From the NCBI RefSeq assembly GCF_006345805.1, contig NC_043006.1, positions 3,658,001 through 3,722,000 of the forward strand: DNA of 64,000 nucleotides, in the 5' to 3' direction. How positions within the stretch are numbered: the first letter of the stretch is position 1; each line of letters begins with the position of its first letter. The notes below the pieces were generated by a model. The model was not told the origin of the DNA. It searched no databases and saw nothing but the letters and a program-made list of their open reading frames with translations. This stretch comes from Octopus sinensis. Its lineage: Eukaryota. Shown in pieces: positions 1 through 13,067 of this stretch. Position numbers and translations under genes: made by a program.

Positions 1-387
1 TTATCACTGACATTTCGCACGTTTTAACCAGTGTAGAAAATTTCACTGCAGTCTATGATTGTGGCAGAAGAAACACAAAAGAAAATAGGTTTAGTTTCAA
101 CTCACCCACCCACAGCTATTGAAGTCAACTTCTTCAATTGTCAGGAAATGCAAATAATGTCTCAGGTTTTCCCTAAGCTATACACAATGACTTTTGTTTT
201 TCTACAACAATAATAGCAAAAATAATGATAATAGTATGATCAGATATCTAAGTTACTCATAAGGCAACGCATTGTTTGAGGGTGTTTTTGTTGTTTTGTT
301 TTTTTTTGTTGTTTTTTGTTTGATTTTGTTGTTGCTCTGAGCGGGGAGGAATAGTAGAGTATATCGAGCCTTGGCTGGTACTTTATA

Positions 388-1163
388 TTATCGACCTGGG
401 AGAGAAATAAAAGCATAGTCGAACTCAATGAGATTTGAACTCAGAATGTGATTAAATGCCTCAAGACATCTATCAAGTGTTCCATAATTACTTCCAAATC
501 CCTGCTTGTCAGTAATCACTGTTCTTCCTACAGGTACAAGACCTGAAATTTTGGGGGAGATGGTATGTCGATTACATCGACGTTCAGTGCTCAACAGGGC
601 CACAAAAGAATGAAAGGCAAAGTCGACCTCGGTGGAATTTGAACTCAAAAAGGAGAGCCGGGTGAAATGCCGCTACGCATTTTGCCTGGCGCGCTAACGA
701 CTCTGCCAGCACGTTTTCTTAACTTGTGTCTATAATAATCATTTCTAATATAGGCACAAGGCCTGAAATTTATGGGCCGAGGCGCAAGTTGATTACATTG
801 ACTCCAATCCTCAGCTGTTACTTATTTTACCAACACCGAAAGAGGGTGAAATTTGAACCTAAAGACAGACGAAATATCACTAAGCATTTTTGCCCGGCGT
901 GTTAACGATTTTACCAGTTTACCACCTTAACTCTTGCTTGTAATAATGATTTCAAATTTTGGCACAAGGCCAGCTAGTTGAGAGCATTGGGTTAAGTCGG
1001 TTACATTGACCCTAGTGCTCAAATGGCATGTATTTTATTGAACCCGAAAGGATGAAAAGCAAAGTCGACCTCGTCGGAATTTGAACTCATAAGATAAATG
1101 ACGAACGAAATGCCGCTAAGTATTTGGCCTAACGTGCTAACGATTCTGCTAACTCACCGCCTT
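388..1163 (-). mobile_element. Four adjacent degraded copies of tRNA-derived SINE family S1
   Basis: Repeated motif ...gaaaggcaaagtcgacctcggcggaatttgaactc...ctgccagc, antisense to a GTTCAAATTCC B-box-like head; same family recurs many times in the window. Confidence 0.8.
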
Positions 1164-1579
1164 AACTCATCTCAGTTATATTAAAATCTAACGTATGTCT
1201 CGGGGTTTGAGTTTTGGTGGAGGTCGTAGCGACCCACGAATTTCATAAGTAGTTTGTTTTTAAAAAAACCATGGAAGGATACTTGGTAAAGTCAAAGCCG
1301 GGTATTTTGTCCGACGCAGTTATTACTCTTATAACATACCAGGCTTAAGGATGAAAATAATTTGAAAAATCGGCGAAAAGCCATACATTTTTGCTGCAAT
1401 GTGCAGCCGATTATAGTCTTAGCATTAATTCATTATTATTATCACCTCTGATGATCCTACAAGGCTCTCAAACCACCGCCATTCTGTCCAGTATTCAATG
1501 CACACACACACACATACACACACACACATACAAGTAGATACATACACACATATACTCAAATTACATGTACATATATGTA

Positions 1580-1828
1580 TTGGGTTGGTGTATAATTATT
1601 GCGGCTTTTTTCAACAAATTTTATTCAGCAAAAGCAATAACAACAGGTAACAAAAACACCTTTAAATGATTACTCCGGAGCATATTCACCATCTACTTCA
1701 ATTATAGCTTCCCATTTGCTTGGCAGACGGTCAGACAGTCATTTAAAAATGTTTTATTAAATATCGTTATTGTTTTACTTGAATACAATTTGTGGAAACA
1801 AAGCCGCAATAATTATGCACCAACCCAA
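1580..1828 (-). mobile_element. Mariner-derived MITE (249 bp) with TIRs and TA duplication
   Basis: Left TTGGGTTGGTGTATAATTATTGCGGCTTT and right AAAGCCGCAATAATTATGCACCAACCCAA, TA on both sides; interior minus strand reads DRLPSKWEAIIEVDGEYAPE*, like a mariner transposase C-terminus. Confidence 0.9.
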
Positions 1829-2129
1829 TATATATATATATGTACATATGCTAATATCGGCATGAAACAAATGGTAGACTTGTTAGCCGACAAATATAAG
1901 AAATACATTACGTGTGTGAGTAAGTATATGTAGATAGCAATCAGACTAAACAATGAAAACTATGTTGTTACATAACTTCAATCAAGGTTACAATCGTTTC
2001 GAATATCTAACGAAATAGTTTCATCACAATGTATTGGTTTGTTCGCATAATTAATCAAGTAATTAATTAATTAATGGGATAATTAGCGTTCAATCATTCT
2101 CATCAGACTCTAAAGTTATTGCATACTTA

Positions 2130-2313
2130 TACACAAACACACACACACATACACGCATATATACATGCATACACACACATATACGCGTACGTGAATGTGT
2201 TAGTGCAAGTGTATGTCTATGTGTGTGAGTGTGCCAAGTGTGCGTGCGTGTGTGTGTGCATGTGTGTATGTGTATGCTTGAAAATATGTGTGTGCGTGTG
2301 TGTGTGTGCATGT

Positions 2314-2360
<47 letters not shown>
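2130..2360. repeat. (CA)n/(GT)n compound microsatellite
   Basis: Directly visible. Confidence 0.95.
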
Positions 2361-2881
2361 TATTTGTGATATTTATTGGGAATTGTAACTTCATAAATCG
2401 CAATCCTAAAGTTTTTAATTGCCAAACTTTCAAACGTTAAAGAAAAAAACACAAACAGACCATGAAATTTGCTACATGTTGTGCATGGAGGAAATTACTG
2501 CCTGAATGATGCAACGAACGCTGATTGGTTGTCATAGAAAACAAAGAGATATTATAGGTCACCTATGTAATCGTCGTTTGAAAAATGAGGGAACGTTTGG
2601 CACTTACCATGGCAGAGATAATCTATATAAAGCATTGTGTTAGACATAAGAAATTGGTGTACATATAAAAAAATTATGATTATGTTGGCATTTTTATGCG
2701 TGTAAAATGTAATAATACTTCAAGAAAAATCTCTCATAGCCATTGTATTCAAAATTGGGAATAGAAAAAAATATTTTTCAGCTATGGGGAACTTCGCAGC
2801 TTCAATCAACTATTTAGAAGTACCTAAATATGAAATAAAAATTTGGGAAAATGTTTATAGGAAGCAAGAACATGATAACAT

Positions 2882-3273
2882 TTACTCTTTTACTCTTTTA
2901 CTTGTTTCAGTCATGTGACTATGGCCATGCTGGAGCACCGCCTTTAGTCGAGCAAATCGACCCCAGGACTTATTCCTTGTAAGCCTAGTACTTATTCTAT
3001 CGGCCTCTTTTGCCGAACCGTTAAGTTACGGGAACGTAAACACACCAGCATCGGTTGCCAAGCGATGTTGGGGAGATAAACACAGACAAGCATATACACG
3101 CACATACTTATATACAAGCGGGCTTCTTTCAGTTTCCGTCTGCCAAATCCACTCACAAGGCTTTGGTCGGTCCGAGGCTATAGTAGAAGAGACTTGCCCA
3201 AATTGCCACGCAGTGGGACTGAACCCGGAATCATGTGGTTGGTAAGCAAGCTACTTACCACACAGCCACTCCT
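2882..3273 (-). mobile_element. SINE family S2 (~400 bp, internal microsatellite, (AAAAGAGT)n-like tail)
   Basis: tactcttttactcttttacttgtttcagtc...cttaccacacagccactcct; tRNA-like head with GGTTCAGTCCC box on minus. Confidence 0.9.
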
Positions 3274-3495
3274 ATTGGTTTCAAATTTTGACAAGTCCAG
3301 CAATTTCGGGAGAGGATAAGTTTATTACATCGACCCTAGTTTTCAACGAAACATAAAAGGCAATGTTGATACCAGCAGTATTTTAAATCAACATTTATTT
3401 AATATATTGTCATCAATAATATATGGCTTGCTCACCCAGTCTACATTTAGGTTAAATCTTCAGCCAGCCTATTTTTCCCAATCTTAAGTCCTAAT

Positions 3496-4143
3496 TTTCC
3501 ACCACACCATAAATGTTACCCCATCTTCGACAATTCTTCTCCTCGTACTACACAACTCCGAACTTGCGATCTATATATAGGCGGAAATATGGTTGCTTTA
3601 TTGTAAGCCCTATGAACGACTCATCAGGGCCCCACCCTAAATCGGTTGATACTAACACTATAAGCTTCGAGAATCCTACGCGCTTTAACAATAGTACCAT
3701 TGCCCCTAGTACTTGTAACTGTAACACTTGTGACTACGGTGATTCCCCCTCTCAGCTCCATTCTAGAAATAGCACCTCTGGTCCTAGTGAGTTTATGAAC
3801 AAGAATAGGATAGAGATTGAGTATAAGACCAGAGGTAGTGGAAAACAAACTTGTAATTGTTCGATTTCCCAATAAGTATCGGGTCATAACCCCACGCTCC
3901 CAACAGGGTGGGGTCTACATTGGTGACATTGATTTCAAGCGTCGCTACCGAGCTCACCTGTGCGCATTCTCAAATAATGCCTCTAAACTCTCCACTTCCG
4001 TAGCTACATAATATATGCACTACCTCAAGTCCTAGGACACTTCCTATGCCTTATGCCGGTCCGTAGTTTGTGAAGCTACATCGTACAATGCTAATCATCG
4101 CGATTGTAATTTATGTTGCAGGAAGTCGCTCGCTATTCTAGGC
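3496..4143 (+). pseudogene. Penelope-like element relic: RT C-terminal linker and GIY-YIG endonuclease, frameshifted
   Basis: Fragments FPPHHKCYPIF, CNCSIS, VYIGDIDFKRRYRAHLCAFSN, SYNANHRDCNLCCRKSLAIL match the PLE pattern FPxxHKxxxIFN / CNC / YIG..FKxRYxxH / CNLCxxEK. Confidence 0.75.
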
Positions 4144-4870
4144 CAATCGGTTCTCTGACGTAATCTTCTTGTGTAAATATAAGTTTCATTCCACATTTGC
4201 TCATTATTTAAGGTCTTTAAAATTTCTCCTAACTGTAGCTAAATCTATTTACCTATTGAACTATGCAAGCACCATTTTACTTTTTCCTTATAGAATATTC
4301 TATTTCTCTCAACTTTCTTCCTCCGCTACAACATCCCAGCTTCACTTCTTGTCCCTTTTCCTGCTCAGTCGACATTCTTCATTTATTGCCTTCCTCAATT
4401 TAACTTGAACCTCCGTCACGTTTACCTTCATTAGGCTGATTTTTAACTCAATCTTCTTCCCTCCTTTCTCTGTTTTTTCTATCCTATTCCTGCCTCTTTC
4501 CTTGGCACTCGTCCTGCTTCTTCTCTCCAATCAATAGCACTACTGTATGAGTTGCGTTTACCATTCTTCTCTAGGCAAGGAGGGCCTGACTTAGTACCAT
4601 TGGGCCTGGTACTTGCAACCGTGATGCCCCCCCACAACCATCTACATTCTAGAAATTAAAACACCTCTAGTCCTTCCTGATATCACATCCGCTAATATTT
4701 CCGAGTAAGGGGTTACCGATCTCATATCCAGGACTTTTTGCACATTTCATCGGTAAATTATGATTATTATGTTTATTACGTAACTCTGGGCTTTCTGACA
4801 CAGATGTTGAGTTAAGAAATTACATATAATTTTTATATTTTATTCAGTATTTTTTACGCTCATTGTATTT

Positions 4871-5537
4871 CTTAGACTTAGTCTTAGGTCCTCCTGTGCC
4901 GTGTGGTGCATTGGGTGACAAGGCTTCACCAACACGGTCGGTCGGTTGCGGCGATTTCAGCTTCATCCCATGAAATGTCAATGGCTTACATATCATCGAT
5001 GAAGGTGCAGTGCAAGTCGCTTTTGGTGTCGCCCTTGTTTTCTCTTGCCATGCGGTGGCTCCCACAAAAAGGCGATGGTAATCGGAGGACAGCGCCTGCG
5101 AGTCGCAAGCGGCGCTCAGTGACAACGTCATGGAGAGGACAGGTTTCAGTTCGGCGATGTATCTCATCGCTGGTGATGTGGTCCTGGTATGATATTCGCA
5201 TTATCCGCCGGAGGCATCGTAGCTGAAATACATTGAGCCTTCGTACGATCCTTTCCAATGTCTTCCACGTATCCACCGCGTATATTGCCGATGGTATGAC
5301 GATGCTGTTGAGGAGGCGCACTTTGGTCTTGGTGGAGATCGTCCTGCCTACCCAGATGGGTTTGAGTCCAGCAGGCAACGTCGCGTTCGGTGTCTCCGTC
5401 GTTCGCCACGACGCTGCCCAATAGGTGAACTCATAAACCTCCTCGATTTGGTGTTGTCCATTCATAAAGATGACGACATTGTTGTTCCCATCAGTATATC
5501 CAGTCCTCATGATCTTCGTCTTATAATCGAACGCCAC
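4871..5537 (-). mobile_element. 5'-truncated RTE-clade LINE, RT C-terminus and 3' tail
   Basis: KTKVRLLNSIVIPSAIYAVDTW...LNVFQLRCLRRIMRISYQDHITSDEIHRRT...RRLRLAG; tail GGACCTAAGACTAAGTCTAAG. Confidence 0.9.
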
Positions 5538-5930
5538 TTAGTCTTGTCCACAGTAAGTTTTTGTTATATATATATATATATATATATATAATTTAGGACA
5601 GGAGAAAATAAATTCAAAGGCCGATGTATATATTCATTCAATCCATATTAACAAAATTCTCCATGGTATAAAGGTACACACATAGATGCATTCATCTGTA
5701 TGATATATAAAAATTTATAAGAATTTATAAATACATACATATACACGAAAATTTATAAATATATTAAAATCCATACATATATAAAAATTTATAAACACAT
5801 AAAAATTCATAAATATAAATATATAAAAAGAGTAAGTCCATAAACGTACTTGCGAAGTCCGAATGAAGAGGGTAATAAAGCGGATGTTAAATGATTCATA
5901 AGGAGTCTGTAACATGTATAAAGTCTGCGT

Positions 5931-6030
5931 ATAAAGTCTTACGGCCGTTTTCGAAGTGATATTGGTTGCTATGGGCGAGCTGACTCCAACCATAGCAATA
6001 CTTTATATTTCTCTCATCAGAGTTTATAGA
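5931..6030 (-). ncRNA. Hammerhead ribozyme motif (Penelope pseudo-LTR type)
   Basis: Minus strand: ataaact-CTGATGA-GAG...TTGCTATGG/CCATAGCAA stem...CTTC-GAAA(A)C-GGCC-GTA-agactttat; palindromic stem III ACGGCCGT; one extra A in GAAA. Confidence 0.7.
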
Positions 6031-6041
6031 ATCATAAGGTT

Positions 6042-6102
<61 letters not shown>

Positions 6103-6147
6103 TGTTTGCGTAATGAGATATAAAAATCTAGGCTGTGTAGATATTAG

Positions 6148-6212
<65 letters not shown>

Positions 6213-7479
6213 CAATAGCCTGTGCTTTAAAGGCTCACAGCTCTTCAATATCCCCCCGAAGGACCCGAGGGATCTGCATGGGTGGATGTAGGTGTCTTCA
6301 GAACGAAACTAGATTTCTTACTGACAAGGGTTCCAGATAAACCAACTTGACAGCAGGAAGTGCACACGAGGGTGGTGGTATCAAACTCAAGTTCGAAGAT
6401 GAATTAGTAAAGTAAAAGTTGTATAGCAACACCAAAATGGCGGTGCCTCTGCATGGTTCCATTCAATTCAACTGGTTCAATTCAGTTCATACATGTGTGT
6501 GTGCGCGCACGTGCGTGTGAGTGAGTAGAGAAACGAAAGAAGGGTACTGAAGACACATTGGAAGTTACATGTATAAATCAAAATAGTTTGATTCAGTCTC
6601 CTTGGTACTCGGAGTTTCAAGCGTGCAGCTAGTCTTCGGCCATTGGGATCTGAATGAGAGTTCGAGTGAAGAGATTCCATGTTTATTACTGGACGTTAGC
6701 CTGCGAGTGGTCGAGAAAGATGCCGCGGTATAGCGGTTTGATGTCGGTATTTCAGCAACAACAATTAGTTTGAAAATACCGCATGGTGAACAGGAAATCG
6801 GCCGCGTGGTGAACAGGAAAATACCGCGTGATGGACAAGAAATCGGTCGTGTGGTTGGGGGAAGTAGGAAGGGAGGATAGATGTGGGGGTATATATGTAT
6901 ATATGTACAAGCATATGCCCATATATCTGCGTGTAAACATCCGTACTTATACGAGTGTATATGTGTGCTTAGATGTACATTCACACTTCCGTGCGTGCAC
7001 ACACACACATACACACAAAGCACACATATACACACGTGATAACACATACACACACACACGGACAGAAATACCTTTATCTCCATGTACATATACACACGAG
7101 CACACGCACACATAAGTGTGCACGTATACATGCATGCACACGCACGTGTGTATATCATATGGACGCGCATGCGCGCACACACATCCGTGCGCATGCATAC
7201 GGGAAGCAGATGCATATGCACACCCTCGCATTTGCACGCGTGCACATATACTCGTGTGGTCATGCACAAGGGGTGAGAATACGCGAGTAGACAGGCATGA
7301 GAAGTGTTCGGGAAATGGTGATTTACTGTGCTGTTCAAAGAAGTTCATTTGTGACGGTGACCTTGGTGTAGGCGGCGTTAGGGACAGCTGGTACTAAGGA
7401 GGTAGATCCAGGTTGTCGTCGGACAGTGGCTTGAAATTTACCAAAAGCGTGTACCTCTTATGAGAGCAATACGACACCT

Positions 7480-7960
7480 CATGTTTCTTGTTGATGGATA
7501 CTGCGTTTTTACGCCTGTTGATGCGTACGATGTTAGATGCGATAATCTCTAAGCAAGAGTAGCTTAACATTATGGGGATTGAAGAGTTAGTAATACTTAT
7601 GGCCTTTAGGGAAATGTTCCTGTATTAACGACAGGAAGCCCTTGGCTAAGTTGGTAGAAACTTCTAGGTTAAATGAGGTGGTATCATGCAAGATTATTTT
7701 CCTTTTCCTAATTCTCTTTGCGTGCGGAGAGGGAGCTTTGTGGTTCGTCCACATACGTAAGCTTCTCAGAAAATCTGCTCCTAGCCAAAGCATCGTTGTA
7801 GTTGGGCGGGAGCAGCCCTATTAAAGATCTCCATGTTGGGTGTGAGTTTAGACACCCATTTGCTAATGTCTGAAACCAAGTTTCTAATCACTGCGTGCAA
7901 GGGTTCAGCTTTTGTGGATATATACTGTTCCTTCATTAGCCATCCTGTAGGGGTAGAATA
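7480..7960 (-). pseudogene. Penelope-like element RT thumb/linker fragment
   Basis: IRNLVSDISKWVSKLTPNMEIFNRAAP and RKRKII...FNLEVSTNLAKGFLSLIQEHFPKGHKYY, typical PLE motifs. Confidence 0.8.
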
Positions 7961-7964
7961 TATA

Positions 7965-8130
7965 TATATATTCATTATTTTCTCTCCTTGTTTCTTTCTG
8001 TATTCCTTTCTGGGAAAGAGCATTGGCTCGAAACGTTAAAGACTTTTTCACTTCCCGAGCGTTATCCTAATATATCTGTTTGTTTTCTACACCATCTGTC
8101 TTCGTCTTTTGTTTTTTGGTGAATTCTCCC
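7965..8130 (+). mobile_element. Penelope pseudo-LTR with decayed minimal hammerhead (8005-8043)
   Basis: ccttt-CTGGGAA-A-GAGC-ATTG-GCTC-GAAAC-GTT-AAAG; stem I/II and GAAAC intact, CUGAUGA core mutated. Confidence 0.65.
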
Positions 8131-8236
8131 TATATATATACATATATACATAATTATATACACAAACACACACACACACATATATATATGTACACACATA
8201 TATGTATATATGTGTGTATGTATGCATGTATATATG

Positions 8237-8270
<34 letters not shown>

Positions 8271-8658
8271 TGTATGTATGTATGTATGTATGTATGTATG
8301 TATGTATGTACGCGCGTACGTATTTATTTACACATGTATGCATAATGGGTACAGTGGCATTATCAGAGATGGACAACAGAGAAATTTGCAGGGAAGATGA
8401 AATGACAGAAGAAACATTCATGCCCAAATCTGATACCCTCATCAGCCGTCAACTGGAGAATCATCACAATTTTGACATGTCAGATAGCTGTAGTGATTTT
8501 CAGTTAGCAACTGATTAAAGGATTTGACTTATGGACGTTTGCTTGGGCTGCAAATTCCTTTGCTTTCCCTGCCTGCTGCTTTCTCTAACATTTTTTGTAA
8601 TGCAACGTAGTTTTCCTTACACACACAGACAGACACACATACACGCACACACACTCGT

Positions 8659-8691
<33 letters not shown>

Positions 8692-9115
8692 AATAAATGT
8701 TTTATGTATTTACATTCATGTAAATGTATGCATATATGCATACACAGATATATATATATATACAAACGCACAGACACACACACACACATACAAACATATA
8801 CATACATTAATACATACATACATGTGCGTAGAAAGAACGCGTTTTGTGTGGTCGACCCAAAACAAAGAGACTGCAGTGAGTTAGAAACTGTACTTTGGAC
8901 ACAGATTTTTATCTTTTCTTTACTAACAAAACAAAGTATCACAGCGCTTTGTTTGTCTTTAGTTCGTTTTTCTCTTTTGACACATTTGTAGTTTAGGCGC
9001 TGCTGGTGATGTTGTTATTGTTGTTGTTGCTGTTGTTGTTGATGAAGGTAGTGGTGGTTGCGGTGTTCCAATTTCGCTTCGTTTCGGTTCAGTTTATTAT
9101 TGTTTATGTAATAGC

Positions 9116-9159
<44 letters not shown>

Positions 9160-9316
9160 CATATATACATATATATACACACTCATACACATGCACAAAC
9201 ACACATATATATGTGTATATATATGTATATATAAGAGTATATATTTATACATATATATACACATATATATATATAAGCAAAGAATTTATATGTACACATG
9301 CGTTTATGCGTAAATG

Positions 9317-9379
<63 letters not shown>

Positions 9380-9501
9380 TTAAATATATACGTATGCATG
9401 TGCATGTATTTATATATATAGACATATATATATATAATATATACATATATATATATAATATATATACATATATACATGCATATACATATACATGTATATA
9501 C

Positions 9502-9567
<66 letters not shown>

Positions 9568-10241
9568 CCTTTTATTCATTTTCTTACGAATTCTTTGCTT
9601 CCTACTTTTGTTGTCGTCGTCGCTTTTCTTTCCTTTTCTTTTTGTTTTCCTTTTCTTTTTCTCCTTCCTTTCTTTTTCACGTATTTTGTGTCTTCGTTCT
9701 TATTTGATGTTGTTGACATTTCACACAGAACCTACACAATGCAATAGGCAGAAATTCTTGCACTTCGAGAGCATTTGGGGAGTTTCAAACCGCATGATTA
9801 ATATGGAGTAGCCAAAAAATGTAGCGGAAATATTGTTCACGCTTCACTGAGCTCAATGAATACAGATGGCTATTTTGTTAGCGTTTTAAATATTAAACCG
9901 CATGTTAAAACTAGAGTTAGTAATCTACATACATAGACGCACACACATAGGCGCACACACATATACACACGCATCTCACACCCACACCCACATCCATTCA
10001 TCCATACGTCCATCCATCCATACATACATTCACAGGCACACACACACAAACCCAAACACACACACACACATATATATGTGTGTATATGCGTACACGCGTG
10101 TGAGATTCTTGGCCTGTATTTATCTATGAGAGGCGCGCACTTGCTTCTGGTAATGTACGTGTGTATATGTATGTGTAAGCGTACATGTATGTATGCATAT
10201 ATATATATGTGTATGTGTGTGTGCGTGTGTGTGTGTGTATG

Positions 10242-10287
<46 letters not shown>

Positions 10288-10320
10288 CACATATATATAC
10301 ACATATATATATAGACAAAC

Positions 10321-10368
<48 letters not shown>

Positions 10369-10702
10369 CTACATGTATTTATACATATATTACAAAAGCC
10401 GTTTAAATGTGCATTCCCAAACAGATAGCAATTGAAAGTATGGACGTATATGTGTGTGCTATGTGTGTACGCGTGTTTGTATGTGCGTGAGAGTTTGTGT
10501 GTACATATGTACATGCGTGTATGATCAGTCACGTACAGTTTCTAAGCATATACTTTTATAGACATGAACACACTTGAATGGTTAAATATATACTAATCTT
10601 GACGTATATTTTGTATACATGGGACTAAAAAAAAGTTAGTACACACATGTTCTTATAACATAATTGAACATATACATACACAGAATGGGCATGTGTTTAC
10701 AT

Positions 10703-10760
<58 letters not shown>

Positions 10761-10953
10761 GTATGTACACAGGGACACGCACCTATACACTCACACATAG
10801 GAAAATATTGTCTCAACAGATTTTTACAAAATATATATCTGCATTTGCGTATATGTGTGTGTGTGTGTGCGCGCGTGTGTATGTGTTCTCTGTGTGCGTG
10901 TGTGTATGTATATGTGTTATATATATATATGCACACACATATATATGTGTATA

Positions 10954-11047
<94 letters not shown>

Positions 11048-11500
11048 CATATAAGTACATACCAATATATGCATATATATATATGTGTATATATATAGCT
11101 ATAGATAGACAGGTGTAGTATGTATAAATACATATAAATATTTTCACATAACCACACACGCACACAAACACATACATACATACATACATACATACATACA
11201 TACATACATACATACATACATACATACATACATACATGCATACATACATATATACATACATACACACACATACACAGATATTTTCATAAGTGACATGCAT
11301 ATTCTCATTCCCTTCTCACATCTCCCTCTTCCTACCTCTTTAAATACCTCTTTAAATAAATGTGTGTGCACGAACACTTGTGTAATGCCCTATGTCATTG
11401 TGCGTACATACAATTCTATATCTATCCATCTATATTTATGTGTGTGTGTGTATTCATGTTAACATGTATGTGAGTGTGGCTGAGAAAGTGTGTGTGTGTG
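8130..11500. repeat. Field of (TA)n, (CA)n, (TATG)n microsatellites with short unique spacers
   Basis: Directly visible; source of most spurious ORFs here. Confidence 0.95.
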
Positions 11501-12064
11501 TGTTGTTTGTTGGCTTTTGTGTTTGTATAAGTAATGTTTAATGTAATATACATACTGCCTGTCTGTTTTAAATGTCGTTCAAAACAATTGCCTTTGCTTT
11601 CATGTAAAAATATTCTATACAAAATGGTCACCTGTAGCTTAAAGGAAGCGGAGCGGAGCGGAGTGCGATTGAAACATCAGCTCAGCATTTGCATAAGCAG
11701 TTCTATTATTTTTAAAATATCATTAAACATGCTGCAAGGTCAGATTAGTTGCACGACATATACAAAAGAAAACGTTTCAGATACCAGTTCGAGGACAGAC
11801 AAGAAACTGAAAGACAACATTTTATGCTTTCTTGCTAATAGTTTCTTAGGTTATCGGCAATTATTTATTTATTTATTTTATTTATTATTATTATTATTAT
11901 TTTATTTATTTATTTATCTATTGTGAAACTAAGCAGCGAATTGACAGAGTTGTTAGAGGCCTGGACTAAGTGGTTTGCATTATATATTCCGGCGTGTTGT
12001 GTTGTGGGTTCAAACTTCACGCAGGTCAACTTCGCTTTTTATCCTTGCTAAGCTGGTAAATAAA

Positions 12065-12330
12065 TTAGTAGTGTGGTGGTAAGGATGCTGCAATCACGAT
12101 CGCTAGATCGTGGTTTCGCTTCCCGTGCCAGGGTGGGAAGATGCGTTATGTTCTTGAGCAAATCATTTCAATTTCACGTTGTGTTAGTTTACTCAGCTGT
12201 AAATGGCTAACCACGTGACAAATGGAAATGTTGCGATCCTGGTTATTTCTACATTATACAAAGCCGGGTAATCGACCCTATGGGGCCAAGAACCGAAGCG
12301 GTAATGTCCAGAAGATAATGATGAAGATGA
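12065..12330 (+). mobile_element. SINE family S4 (tRNA head, central ...ttgagcaa...atttcacgttg...actcagctg domain, (GAT)n tail)
   Basis: Shares central domain with 42180-42482. Confidence 0.55.
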
Positions 12331-12591
12331 CGACGACGACGACGATGATGATGATGATGATGATGACGGATATGTAGTGAACTGATGGACATGTCAAAAC
12401 ATCAAAGGGGTTTTATGTTATTTGTTCCCTCTTTCTGAGTTCAAAACCTACCGTGGTTCACTTCGGAGCTAAAATTAATTCGTCGCCCGGTTAGATACTT
12501 TCCCACACCCTAAACGTTTAAAGCCTCTATCAAAATATGCTCTATTCCAAGTATTCGGGATAGGTCTCCGGTTTGAGAATAATTTCCTCAC

Positions 12592-12649
12592 CTTTCTTTC
12601 CTTCATTCTCAACAGTGTCGAAGTCCCTGAAAAGAGCCATGGACACTGG
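12592..12649 (-). CDS. Candidate 58-nt internal exon on minus strand (PVSMALFRDFDTVENEGKK or QCPWLFSGTSTLLRMKERK)
   Basis: Acceptor gttgcttttttatattttag, donor AAG|gtgagg; two frames open; no homology recognised. Confidence 0.4.
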
Positions 12650-13019
12650 CTAAAATATAAAAAAGCAACTGCTACTGGGAAAGGAACCAACGCCGAAACC
12701 ATGACACTGTAGAGCAAATGCATAGCAACAGAGGATAATAGTGGGATGGGGGCTCATCCTGATGTAGTTGTAAAAGGGCCATAAATCTCCTTAGCCTATC
12801 ATGATTGCTAATTAATTTGGACAGTGGTTTCCACAATAACATTAGTATATAGAAAAAAATAAGGACTGCGTAGTCCTGTTTTTAAGAAATTCGCTCCGCA
12901 AGTTCATTTGCTCTGTGGAACATCACGTTCACGTGTCTTCTACGGTGTCATCTCTCACTTTCTCTCCTTATCCCCCTCTCCCTAACACCTTCTCTCTCTC
13001 TCTTCTGCTCTTTCACCAG

Positions 13020-13067
13020 AAAAGAGAATTGTAGAGTTGACATTCTCAAGAGCAAGAACTAACCGAA
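13020..13067 (+). CDS. Candidate 48-nt exon (phase 1-1: EKRIVELTFSRARTNR)
   Basis: Long pyrimidine tract with ctaac, ending ttcaccag; donor GAA|gtaatt moderate. Confidence 0.25.

Noticed and set aside
8345-8518. Acidic ORF tail MGTVALSEMDNREICREDE...
   Set aside because: No splice signals or recognisable domain
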